Below, one piece after another: positions 9,393 to 17,462 of a DNA stretch of 64,000 nucleotides. The stretch covers positions 168,632-232,631 of the forward strand of contig JBGPGO010000005.1 of NCBI GenBank assembly GCA_041483895.1. The letters are read 5' to 3'. A program made the position numbers and the translations under genes. The stretch is from Fimbriimonadia bacterium. Lineage in GTDB: Bacteria; Armatimonadota; Fimbriimonadia; Fimbriimonadales; JABRVX01. Position 1 is the first letter of the stretch, and each line of letters begins with the position of its first letter. Below the pieces are notes generated by a model, which saw only the letters and a list, made by a program, of their open reading frames with translations, ran no database searches and was not told the origin of the DNA.

Positions 9393-10799
9393 ATGAAATC
9401 ATTCGCTTTTTGCACCGCCGTGTTCCTGCCAATATGTGTGTTCTCCCAACAGCAATGGCATCACCAGTTGCTGCAAAGGGGTTTTAATAAGGTCTCCCAG
9501 GATAATGACACCGCTCACGTGAACGGTGCCGGACAGGCGTTCTACTTCGTGGGGTTTCACGGCAGCGTCAATCAGGATGTGTACAGAAATACCGAGAATA
9601 TGAGCGCATGGCTTGGACCGGAGCGGGTCGCATATAGCATTGGGATTAACGAGAAAGGCCAGGTCGCGTACGGCGGCAGCACCGGACCGGGGTTCACGAT
9701 CTACACCGATCATACGGATTGGAGCAGCTCCGTACTCAACCCGAACACCACATACAATTTCAACGGCTACGGAATTGATGAATTCGGCAGACCATTGTGG
9801 AAGGCCACAGAAACAGGCGCCCGCGCGGGCATCGGCCACCTGTTCTTGGCATCCCAACCGGTATCCGATTCCCTCCTCACCGACCCTGTCAGGGTATCCT
9901 CCCAATATGTCAACGCGAAAGGCGACGTGGCTTGGGACGCGACGGCGAATGAGACCAACGGGGTGCAACAAGTGTTTCTTAACCAAACATTCTACTCCGC
10001 AAGCATCGTCGGCGCGAACGTTCCCGCCGGGGTGGGTGGGATCAGCGACAACGGCGATGTTTTCTGGACGGCAAACTACAACGGCTTCCGCCACTTGTTC
10101 GTCAACGACCTGGACTATACAAATTTCATGTTCGGGGCGGGCGCGACCGATCATAGGGTGTTCGGACGGGGCATGGATGAGCAAGGAGACATTCTTTGGT
10201 ACACCGGCGGCGTGACAAACGGGCCAGAATACGGCCTATTTGTGAACAATCGGAATCTCTCCTACGAAGTATTCGGGACTCAGACGCTCCAGCAGCGCGA
10301 AGCATTGCAGATCAGCGGCAATGGTCACGCATACTGGGACGCAAAACTGCCTGACTGGTCCCACGTCCATCTCTTCGTAGACACAAGAGATGTCTCCTTA
10401 GAGGCCCTTGGCCCGGACGTCATTCCGGACGCATACCGCGCCGAGGCTGACGACTTCGGCCGATTGATGTGGACCGTGCGCGATCCGTTCTTGGGGAGCA
10501 AGAACCGAGTCTACGTGGACAGCTTTGCCCTATCCGCAGACGCGCTGGGACTGGACGCGGCTAATTACGACTCCCGCGGAATTCGGATGGGCCCGAACGG
10601 AGACGTGGTCTGGATCGCTTCCGATCCCACCGGCAAAGATAGCCGCCTGTATCTCTCCTCCCCAGTGCCGGAACCGTCCATGGCGGCCCTGCTTGCGGCG
10701 TTCTGTTACCCCATCATGCGGCGAGGTTGTCGGGCCGCAAGCAATGCCGGACCCAAGAACTACCGATCCCGCCGATCGAATCGATCCCGATCCGAGTAA
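9393..10799 (+). CDS. Secreted Trp-repeat protein with PEP-CTERM sorting signal, paralog 2
   Basis: Same repeats as 163..1398; ends SPVPEPSMAALLAAFCYPIMRR (VPEP, hydrophobic stretch, basic tail). Confidence 0.8.
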   Translation: MKSFAFCTAVFLPICVFSQQQWHHQLLQRGFNKVSQDNDTAHVNGAGQAFYFVGFHGSVNQDVYRNTENMSAWLGPERVAYSIGINEKGQVAYGGSTGPGFTIYTDHTDWSSSVLNPNTTYNFNGYGIDEFGRPLWKATETGARAGIGHLFLASQPVSDSLLTDPVRVSSQYVNAKGDVAWDATANETNGVQQVFLNQTFYSASIVGANVPAGVGGISDNGDVFWTANYNGFRHLFVNDLDYTNFMFGAGATDHRVFGRGMDEQGDILWYTGGVTNGPEYGLFVNNRNLSYEVFGTQTLQQREALQISGNGHAYWDAKLPDWSHVHLFVDTRDVSLEALGPDVIPDAYRAEADDFGRLMWTVRDPFLGSKNRVYVDSFALSADALGLDAANYDSRGIRMGPNGDVVWIASDPTGKDSRLYLSSPVPEPSMAALLAAFCYPIMRRGCRAASNAGPKNYRSRRSNRSRSE

Positions 10800-11113
10800 C
10801 CGGTGTCGTCGAAGACCTCAAGCACGGCCGTCAACTCGGACCGGCCGTGGTGGTCCGTGGTGCCGCGCGTCTCCACCAATCGCCAGCTAAAATCTTGATT
10901 TCCGCGGGACTGTTTGCGAGCCTGGTCCACGGCATTCCGAATCGCGCCATTCAGGTCTGTGCCCTTTGCCGAGCCGACAAACTGTCCCAGCGATCCGCCG
11001 CGCCTGCGATAGAGCGATTGGGCGCTGCCGCCCATTGCACCCGCAAATAGGGTCGCCAAAGCCGCCTTCCCTACCCACCCGGTAAACCCTCGTCGGGTCA
11101 TCTTGTCTTCCAT
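10760..11113 (-). CDS. Tat-signal protein with a dodecin-like domain
   Basis: GGAGG RBS; TRRGF Tat motif; GS...LNGAIRNAVDQARK...WRLVETRG...LTAVLEV resembles the dodecin pattern. Confidence 0.6.
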   Translation of the reverse strand: MEDKMTRRGFTGWVGKAALATLFAGAMGGSAQSLYRRRGGSLGQFVGSAKGTDLNGAIRNAVDQARKQSRGNQDFSWRLVETRGTTDHHGRSELTAVLEVFDDTGYSDRDRFDRRDR

Positions 11114-11160
11114 TTGTTCAACCTCCACCGATCTGGACGAAGCGGGATCGATAACCGTCA

Positions 11161-11280
11161 GTAACGCTGCCTTCCAGCCGGCAGAGCAGCTTCATTCGTA
11201 ACGCTGCCTTCCAAGCGGCACCAGTCCGAAACGATAATGCCGGCTGGAAGCCAGCGTTACGAATAAAGAGGCAGCGTTAC
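11161..11280. repeat. REP cluster, family A (GTAAC-GCYGGC-N5-GCCGGC type): two forward copies, one inverted copy and one partial copy
   Basis: 23-mers at 11161-11183, 11198-11220 and 11238-11260 (inverted); partial copy at 11268-11280. Confidence 0.85.
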
Positions 11281-11308
11281 GGGTTGACACGACCGGCTAC
11301 AATTGGGC

Positions 11309-13747
11309 ATGCCGACGATTGTCCCCGATCCGGAAATCACCACCGAAGTATATCGCGCGATGGGCCTGTCCGACGCCGAATACCAACTGATCTTGGACAA
11401 AGTCGGCCGGCCGCTCACCTACACGGAGCTCGGCATGTTCGCCGTGATGTGGAGCGAGCACTGCGGCTACAAATGCTCCAAGAACGTGCTGAAGCTGTTC
11501 AAGCGCTACGCCGAGGCGGTGGACGGCGCGGGCCTGGAGAACGCCGGGATTGTGGATATCGGCGACGGACTGGGAATTGTGATGAAGATGGAAAGTCACA
11601 ACCACCCCAGCGCGGTGGAGCCACACAACGGCGCGGCGACCGGCGTGGGCGGAATTCTGCGAGACATATTCACGATGGGCGCGCGGCCGATTGCCAGCCT
11701 CAACTCTTTGCGATTTGGGCCGATTACGCTGGATTCTTGCCGGCAGGATGCCAGCGTTACGACAGCGGATTTTGGCCGGCAGGATGCCGGCGTTACGACA
11801 CCCGGGGATGTCGAGCGGAATCGGTATCTGTTCGAGCATGTGGTCGCGGGGATCGGCGGGTATGGCAACTGCGTGGGCGTGCCGACTGTGGGCGGCGAGG
11901 TGGTGTTCCATCCACGCTACAGCGGCCCGCTGGTAAACGCGATGGCGGTGGGGATACTGCGGCTGGATTCGGTGGCCTCCGCCCGCGCGGAAGGGATTGG
12001 CAATCCGGTCATCTACGTCGGGTCGTCCACAGGGCGGGACGGCATCCACGGCGCGACATTTGCAAGCGACACATTGGAAGAAGACAGCGCGGCCAGCCGG
12101 CCCAACGTGCAGATCGGCGATCCGTTTGCGGAAAAGCTGCTGATCGAGGCCACCCTGGAGGCGCTGGCATCCGGCGATGTGGTGGCGATTCAAGACATGG
12201 GCGCGGCCGGGCTGACCTGCTCCACGTGCGAAATGTCGGCCAAGGGCGGAGTGGGGATGGAGATCGAGCTACGGCGCGTACCATTGCGCGAGCAGGACAT
12301 GAGCGCGTACGAAATCATGCTGTCGGAAAGCCAGGAGCGGATGCTGCTAGTCGCGCGCGCGGGGCGGGAAGAGGCCGTCCGCGCGATCTTCCATAAGTGG
12401 GAGTTGAACGCGGAAGTGATCGGTCAAGTGATCGCCGACAACCACGTTCGGATCAAAGACAACGGACGAATTGTGGCGGACTTGGAGGCGAAGCAGCTTG
12501 CGGACGAATGCCCGGCCTATGACCTACCCGCCGAAACGCCGGCCTATTCGCAGAAGGCGATTGCCTTTGATGCTTCTAAGGTTCCGGAACCGGACGATTA
12601 TGGCAAGGCACTGCTGCAACTGCTGTCTACCCCATCGATTGCGTCGAAACGATGGGTGTATGAGCAGTATGACGTGTCTGTGCAGACGCAGACCGCCATC
12701 GGACCGGGCGCCGACGCTTCGGTTCTGGCGCCACGCGGAACGCGAAAAGGTATCGCGCTGGCGGTGGATGGCAACGGGCGATACTGCTATTTTGATCCTC
12801 ACGAGGGTGGGCGGCTAGCGGTGGCGGAGGCGGCGCGAAACGTGGCCTGCACCGGCGCGATGCCGCGTGCGATTACCGACTGTCTCAACTTCGGCGACCC
12901 AAACGATCCGCATGTGTATTGGCAGTTCAAGAACGCGGTGAAAGGGATTGCGGAGGCGGCGGACGCGCTCTGCACGCCTGTGATCAGCGGCAACGTCAGC
13001 TTCTACAATGAATCCCCTGGAGGGCGATGCTCCGTCATCGCCGGGGCGGTCGGCGATGACGGAGCATCGCCCTCCATCTTGCCGACGCCGACGATCGGCA
13101 TGTTGGGCGTTTTGGAAGATGCTTCGCATCGGATCGGCTCCGCATTTGTGGGAGAGCGGGGTTTTATCTATCTGCTGTGGGCGGATGTGGGAAATGTGCG
13201 CCACGAAGGGCTCGGCGCGAGCGAATATTTGGCGATCTGTCATGGCATCGAGGATGGTCTCCCGGCGCATGCGCAGTTGGACAAGGAGGCCGCCGTGCAT
13301 CGCTTTCTGGTGCGGGCGGCCGCGGAGGGTTGGATCGAGAGCGCGCACGATTGCTCGGACGGCGGTCTGGCGGTGGCGATCGCGGAATGCTGCATCGGCG
13401 GCCGGGCCGGGGCTCATGTGTCCCTGGAGGGCGACGCTCCGTCGTCGCCTGATTGGTTGCACAAGGAACTGGAATCGGCGGCGAAGACACGCAAACCATT
13501 TACCTGGAGTCGATCGACGGCAGCGCTTCTGTTCGGCGAGTTCTCCCCTCGCATCATTCTCGGCACCACTGCGCCGCTCGATTCCGAAGTCGCAAAAGAC
13601 TTCGGCCTGCATCTGCGCTGCATTGGGGGCTACGATCGGCAAATCCAAGACCTGACCATAACAAACCACCAGCAAGTGGTATCGGTGCGCATGCACGATG
13701 CGATCAATGCCTACGAGAAAGCAATCCCCAATATCATGGAGCATTAA
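11309..13747 (+). CDS. purL: Phosphoribosylformylglycinamidine synthase subunit PurL
   Basis: MWSEHCGYK, ESHNHPSAVEP, GAATGVGGILRDI, QDMGAAGL, MLSESQERM, DCLNFG, SGNVSFYN, SAHDCSDGG. Confidence 0.98.
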   Translation: MPTIVPDPEITTEVYRAMGLSDAEYQLILDKVGRPLTYTELGMFAVMWSEHCGYKCSKNVLKLFKRYAEAVDGAGLENAGIVDIGDGLGIVMKMESHNHPSAVEPHNGAATGVGGILRDIFTMGARPIASLNSLRFGPITLDSCRQDASVTTADFGRQDAGVTTPGDVERNRYLFEHVVAGIGGYGNCVGVPTVGGEVVFHPRYSGPLVNAMAVGILRLDSVASARAEGIGNPVIYVGSSTGRDGIHGATFASDTLEEDSAASRPNVQIGDPFAEKLLIEATLEALASGDVVAIQDMGAAGLTCSTCEMSAKGGVGMEIELRRVPLREQDMSAYEIMLSESQERMLLVARAGREEAVRAIFHKWELNAEVIGQVIADNHVRIKDNGRIVADLEAKQLADECPAYDLPAETPAYSQKAIAFDASKVPEPDDYGKALLQLLSTPSIASKRWVYEQYDVSVQTQTAIGPGADASVLAPRGTRKGIALAVDGNGRYCYFDPHEGGRLAVAEAARNVACTGAMPRAITDCLNFGDPNDPHVYWQFKNAVKGIAEAADALCTPVISGNVSFYNESPGGRCSVIAGAVGDDGASPSILPTPTIGMLGVLEDASHRIGSAFVGERGFIYLLWADVGNVRHEGLGASEYLAICHGIEDGLPAHAQLDKEAAVHRFLVRAAAEGWIESAHDCSDGGLAVAIAECCIGGRAGAHVSLEGDAPSSPDWLHKELESAAKTRKPFTWSRSTAALLFGEFSPRIILGTTAPLDSEVAKDFGLHLRCIGGYDRQIQDLTITNHQQVVSVRMHDAINAYEKAIPNIMEH
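11738..11796 (-). repeat. Two family-A REP copies in frame within purL (36-nt period)
   Basis: TGCCGGCAGGATGCCAGCGTTAC and GGCCGGCAGGATGCCGGCGTTAC closely match the intergenic copy at 11238-11260. Confidence 0.85.
13018..13076. repeat. Family-B (GGAG-foot) REP doublet in frame within purL
   Basis: Perfect 26-bp inverted repeat TGGAGGGCGATGCTCCGTCATCGCCG with a 7-nt spacer. Confidence 0.9.
13425..13449 (+). repeat. Single family-B REP in frame within purL
   Basis: TGGAGGGCGACGCTCCGTCGTCGCC; its two differences from the 13018 arm are compensatory. Confidence 0.85.
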
Positions 13748-14625
13748 GCAAGCCCTAGCTTCTTCGCCGCGGCAATGGCGTTCGCGAGGCAGCGTTTGAC
13801 GCCCGGCACCGGATCGTCTGCCCCCGCTTCGTACTCGATCGCGACGAGGCCAGTAAAATGCACATCGAGCAGCGCGCGATAGACGCCTTCGATATCCAGG
13901 TCACCCTCGCCGACTACTTGCTCCGAGTTCGTGCCCTTCGTAAAGTCTTTGAGATGCACTCCGTGGACTCGATCACCGAAGGTTCTGATGGCGACGATCG
14001 GGTCCTCTTTCGACCGCAGATAGTGGCCGGTGTCAACGCATGCGCCGAATCGTTTCGTCCGGCCGTCGGTCGCCTCTTGCACGGCGGCAATTGTCCCATA
14101 CCGGTGGCCGGGGCCATGATTGTGGATGCCGGTTTTGATGCCGAACTCGTCGCATAGATCGCAGACTTGCGGAATGGCCTCCGGATCGATATCGATGGTT
14201 AGAACCGGAATTCGCAGTCGGTGGGCGAACACGAAAACGGCGCGATTTTCCTCGGCGTTTTTGGTCATCTGCACCACCCCATGACTCAGGACCGTTATGC
14301 CGTTTTCACGTACTGGGATTTCGTATGACTTAATGCCGTCTTCACTCACTGTATGTTTCATGTGCGCGCCGGAAACATCAAGGTACTTAATTCCGATCTC
14401 GTGGGCCTTCGTCACCGCCTCCGGCCAAGAGTACGTTCGAAAAGAATAGGTCTGGAGGCCGATCTTCAAGGCTTTGACACCCTGTTCGGTGGGATTGTTT
14501 CGGAGCCGGTTTGCGCCGGACGCCCGGCTTTGTGCAATCCCGAGTCGCGACAATCCCATCGCCGCAGCGGTGCCGAGTCCCGCCGAGAGAATGTCTCTTC
14601 GCGTATAGGTATCCATCGCATTCAA
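13744..14625 (-). CDS. Sugar phosphate isomerase/epimerase (xylose isomerase-like TIM barrel) with Tat signal
   Basis: TRRDIL; IGLQTYSFR, GIHNHG, CVDTGH, VHLKD, AIEYE. Confidence 0.9.
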   Translation of the reverse strand: MNAMDTYTRRDILSAGLGTAAAMGLSRLGIAQSRASGANRLRNNPTEQGVKALKIGLQTYSFRTYSWPEAVTKAHEIGIKYLDVSGAHMKHTVSEDGIKSYEIPVRENGITVLSHGVVQMTKNAEENRAVFVFAHRLRIPVLTIDIDPEAIPQVCDLCDEFGIKTGIHNHGPGHRYGTIAAVQEATDGRTKRFGACVDTGHYLRSKEDPIVAIRTFGDRVHGVHLKDFTKGTNSEQVVGEGDLDIEGVYRALLDVHFTGLVAIEYEAGADDPVPGVKRCLANAIAAAKKLGLA

Positions 14626-14665
14626 AGTTCTGGGAAGGGCGGCGGTGTCCTGTATACTTCAAGTC

Positions 14666-15061
14666 ATGATCGAATATCGCTCCTCGCTCGCGGGGATCAA
14701 CCCGGATGCCTTCGTCGGATTTGGCGTCGGGTGGCGCAAGCCGCTGACGCCTGAATTGCTGTATCGGGTGCTGACCGGCAGCGCACACGTGTGGCTAACC
14801 CTGGATGGCGAGCGCGTAGTCGGTTTCATCAACGCGATCTCCGACGGCTGCCTGATGGCCTACATCCCGCTATTGGAAGTGCTACCGGACTACCAAGATC
14901 GCGGCATCGGATCGGAACTAGTGCGTCGGATGCTCGAGACTCTTCACGACCTCTATGGGGTCGATCTCTGCTGCGATGCGAACGTCGCTCCCTTCTATGA
15001 GCGATTTGCCATGCAACGGGTGACAGGGATGGTCTTGCGCAACCCTGCACGAATCACTTGA
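14666..15061 (+). CDS. GNAT family N-acetyltransferase
   Basis: LEVLPDYQDRGIGSELV acetyl-CoA motif; PFYERF. Confidence 0.9.
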   Translation: MIEYRSSLAGINPDAFVGFGVGWRKPLTPELLYRVLTGSAHVWLTLDGERVVGFINAISDGCLMAYIPLLEVLPDYQDRGIGSELVRRMLETLHDLYGVDLCCDANVAPFYERFAMQRVTGMVLRNPARIT

Positions 15062-17432
15062 CCCGAAAGATTGTGATCGAATAGGCTGGGAAATCGTGCT
15101 CGGACCGCGGGACCTTGAGATTGACCTTGTTAGTATGTGGAGCCAACTTCGCCGGACTATCGATGGTATTTTCGTCGGTGGGTGATTCCGAAGACAGCAC
15201 GGTCTGCGTACCACTCTTCGAATCGCCACCGCCTTCCAATTCAATCGTAGCGTGAACAGCGACTCCTGACACGTTTACCACCTTAATGATCACCTCACCA
15301 GTCTTGTCAACCCTCCCGGCCACAGCGTAGAGCGGTGTGATCTGCGGGCATTCCACATCGTGGACCAGCTTGCCGTCCAGATAGCACCGGATGCGTTCAC
15401 CGGAGAACTCGATCCGAATGTCATACCATCGCCCGCTCTCAATAGCGCCCGGAGCCTCCGCAATGATTGATTTTGCGCCTGCGACGCACCGTTCGATGGC
15501 ATGTTTGGTGTTCCCCCAGCCACCCAGATTCCACCAAAGGTAGTTCTGGTCATCCTCCATACCGACGGTTATCAAGAACCCCTCGGCGCCGCCGTTCTTT
15601 CGCGCCTTGAGCGTTATCGAATAGTTTGTTGAACCGTGCAACGTATGAAATGCGCGGGACGGTTCCGCATCCGTTGTCTGCCGCAGCGCTCCATCCTGTG
15701 AACTCCAACCGCCGGGGCCACGCGTCAGCGAGCTGCCGTCCGCGCTTTCGTATAGTACGTCCGCCCCTTGGACAACCCGGATATCTTTGAACTCCGCCTG
15801 CGTGTGCCACGTGCCAACGCCGATCCCGCCGGGCGAAAATCGGGCCTTCGGAACAGAGGAATAGCTGATATCCATTGGCAGAATGACATCCGGACGGTTT
15901 TCGCTGAACAGCTTTTGCACATAGTACGACGGCGTGCCACAAACGCGATGGTTGTCGAAATAGATCAGGTCCGGATTCCACGTCTTGTGGTTGATGTTGG
16001 CGAACAACGGTGCATAAGAAGACATGATAACAACGTCAGAATTGCGCTCCATCCCGGTCATAAAGGCGGCCTCCCCAATCGCCGCGATCAGGTTCCCTTC
16101 CCCACAGCCCTGAGTAACCGCATATTCACCCACGTACACCTTCGGTCCCTTGCGATCATACTTATCATAGCGCGCAGCATTGTCGATGAAAAACTGGGGA
16201 CTGCTATAGTAGTGTTCGTCGACAATATCCACGTTGGCATCCGGATAACCACCCCACACGTTTGCTATCAGATGCATGGTTGGATACCGTTCTTTGATAG
16301 CCTTATAGAACAACGGATATCTCTCATGATACGCCGGCCCGCCGTTTTCGTTGCCGATCTCCATATATTTCAGGCCAAACGGCTTCGGATTCCCGTTCTT
16401 CGCGCGCAGCGCACCCCATTTGCTAGTTGGAGGACCATTCGCATACTCGATCGCGTCAAGCGCGTCTTGCACAAATTCGTCCATATTGTCCATCGGCACG
16501 TTCTCTTTGTGCGACATGCCGCAATTGATCACAAAAAGCGGTTCCGCGCCCAAATCCTCACACATCTGCAGGTACTCATGATATCCCAGACCATTGGTGG
16601 ACATATACTGCCACAAGTTGTACTGCGTGCGCCGATCAACTAAATCACCCACGGTGCGCTTCCATCGCTGAGAGGTCGCCATCGTGTCGCCCTCGACCCA
16701 ACATCCGCCGGGAAAGCGCACGAAGGCAGGACGTAACTCCAATAGCATATCGGCGAGATCGGTCCGCAGACCGTTGGACCGGCTGTTCCAAGTCCTTTTC
16801 GGAAAGAGAGAAACCATGTCCAGCCACACGGATCCATGACCGGAGGCCGCAATTACCAATCTTCCGCGCGTTGCATTCGCGGTCGGCTTCAGCGTCGCCC
16901 GAAACAGTCTCCACTCCTTCGTGATTCCACGAATAGTCGAATGGGCAATCGTCGTCCCTTCGTCGCCGCGCAAGAGCACCTCGACAGGAGCCGCCGTATC
17001 ATCGCATCTTGCGTAGATCGAAAATTTGTACTCGTCGCCTTTTCGCGCGGCAATGCCCCAATATCCTTCATTAATAATCTCAACTTTCCCGGAAGGAGGC
17101 AAACCGATGCGCAGCGATCTATGATTGCTCTGCGAAAGAGGCTTACTCGTGTCAACGGAGACTTCCGCGCCGCCCGGCTGAAAGCTCCAATGCTCCGGCT
17201 TTTCGCTATCTTCAAACGATCGGTTTCGCACCATCTCGGCGTACAATCCCCCATCCCCGGCGCAATTGACTTCCTCGAAGAAAATTCCATACAGCGTGCG
17301 GCTGACGCGAATCCCCGGCTTTGTGGTATCGACGCGAATCGTTGCGGAAATTGGCTCGGATTGCATGGCGGCTCCGGCGGCTAGGATGGTGGCGAATAGA
17401 AAGTGCACGGCAAGCCGGTTCGCCAACTCCAC
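15054..17432 (-). CDS. Alpha-L-arabinofuranosidase, GH51
   Basis: YGIFFEEVN, FVRFPGGC, EIGNEN, VDEHYY, YVGEYA, MERNSDVV. Confidence 0.93.
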   Translation of the reverse strand: MELANRLAVHFLFATILAAGAAMQSEPISATIRVDTTKPGIRVSRTLYGIFFEEVNCAGDGGLYAEMVRNRSFEDSEKPEHWSFQPGGAEVSVDTSKPLSQSNHRSLRIGLPPSGKVEIINEGYWGIAARKGDEYKFSIYARCDDTAAPVEVLLRGDEGTTIAHSTIRGITKEWRLFRATLKPTANATRGRLVIAASGHGSVWLDMVSLFPKRTWNSRSNGLRTDLADMLLELRPAFVRFPGGCWVEGDTMATSQRWKRTVGDLVDRRTQYNLWQYMSTNGLGYHEYLQMCEDLGAEPLFVINCGMSHKENVPMDNMDEFVQDALDAIEYANGPPTSKWGALRAKNGNPKPFGLKYMEIGNENGGPAYHERYPLFYKAIKERYPTMHLIANVWGGYPDANVDIVDEHYYSSPQFFIDNAARYDKYDRKGPKVYVGEYAVTQGCGEGNLIAAIGEAAFMTGMERNSDVVIMSSYAPLFANINHKTWNPDLIYFDNHRVCGTPSYYVQKLFSENRPDVILPMDISYSSVPKARFSPGGIGVGTWHTQAEFKDIRVVQGADVLYESADGSSLTRGPGGWSSQDGALRQTTDAEPSRAFHTLHGSTNYSITLKARKNGGAEGFLITVGMEDDQNYLWWNLGGWGNTKHAIERCVAGAKSIIAEAPGAIESGRWYDIRIEFSGERIRCYLDGKLVHDVECPQITPLYAVAGRVDKTGEVIIKVVNVSGVAVHATIELEGGGDSKSGTQTVLSSESPTDENTIDSPAKLAPHTNKVNLKVPRSEHDFPAYSITIFRVK

Positions 17433-17462
17433 ACAAAATCCTTCCAGTGGTATGATCCTCGT

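Noticed and set aside
11284..12396. 370-aa alternative-frame ORF, and similar long overlapping ORFs such as 46470..47654
   Set aside because: Off-frame or antisense shadows of well-supported genes, expected at high GC.
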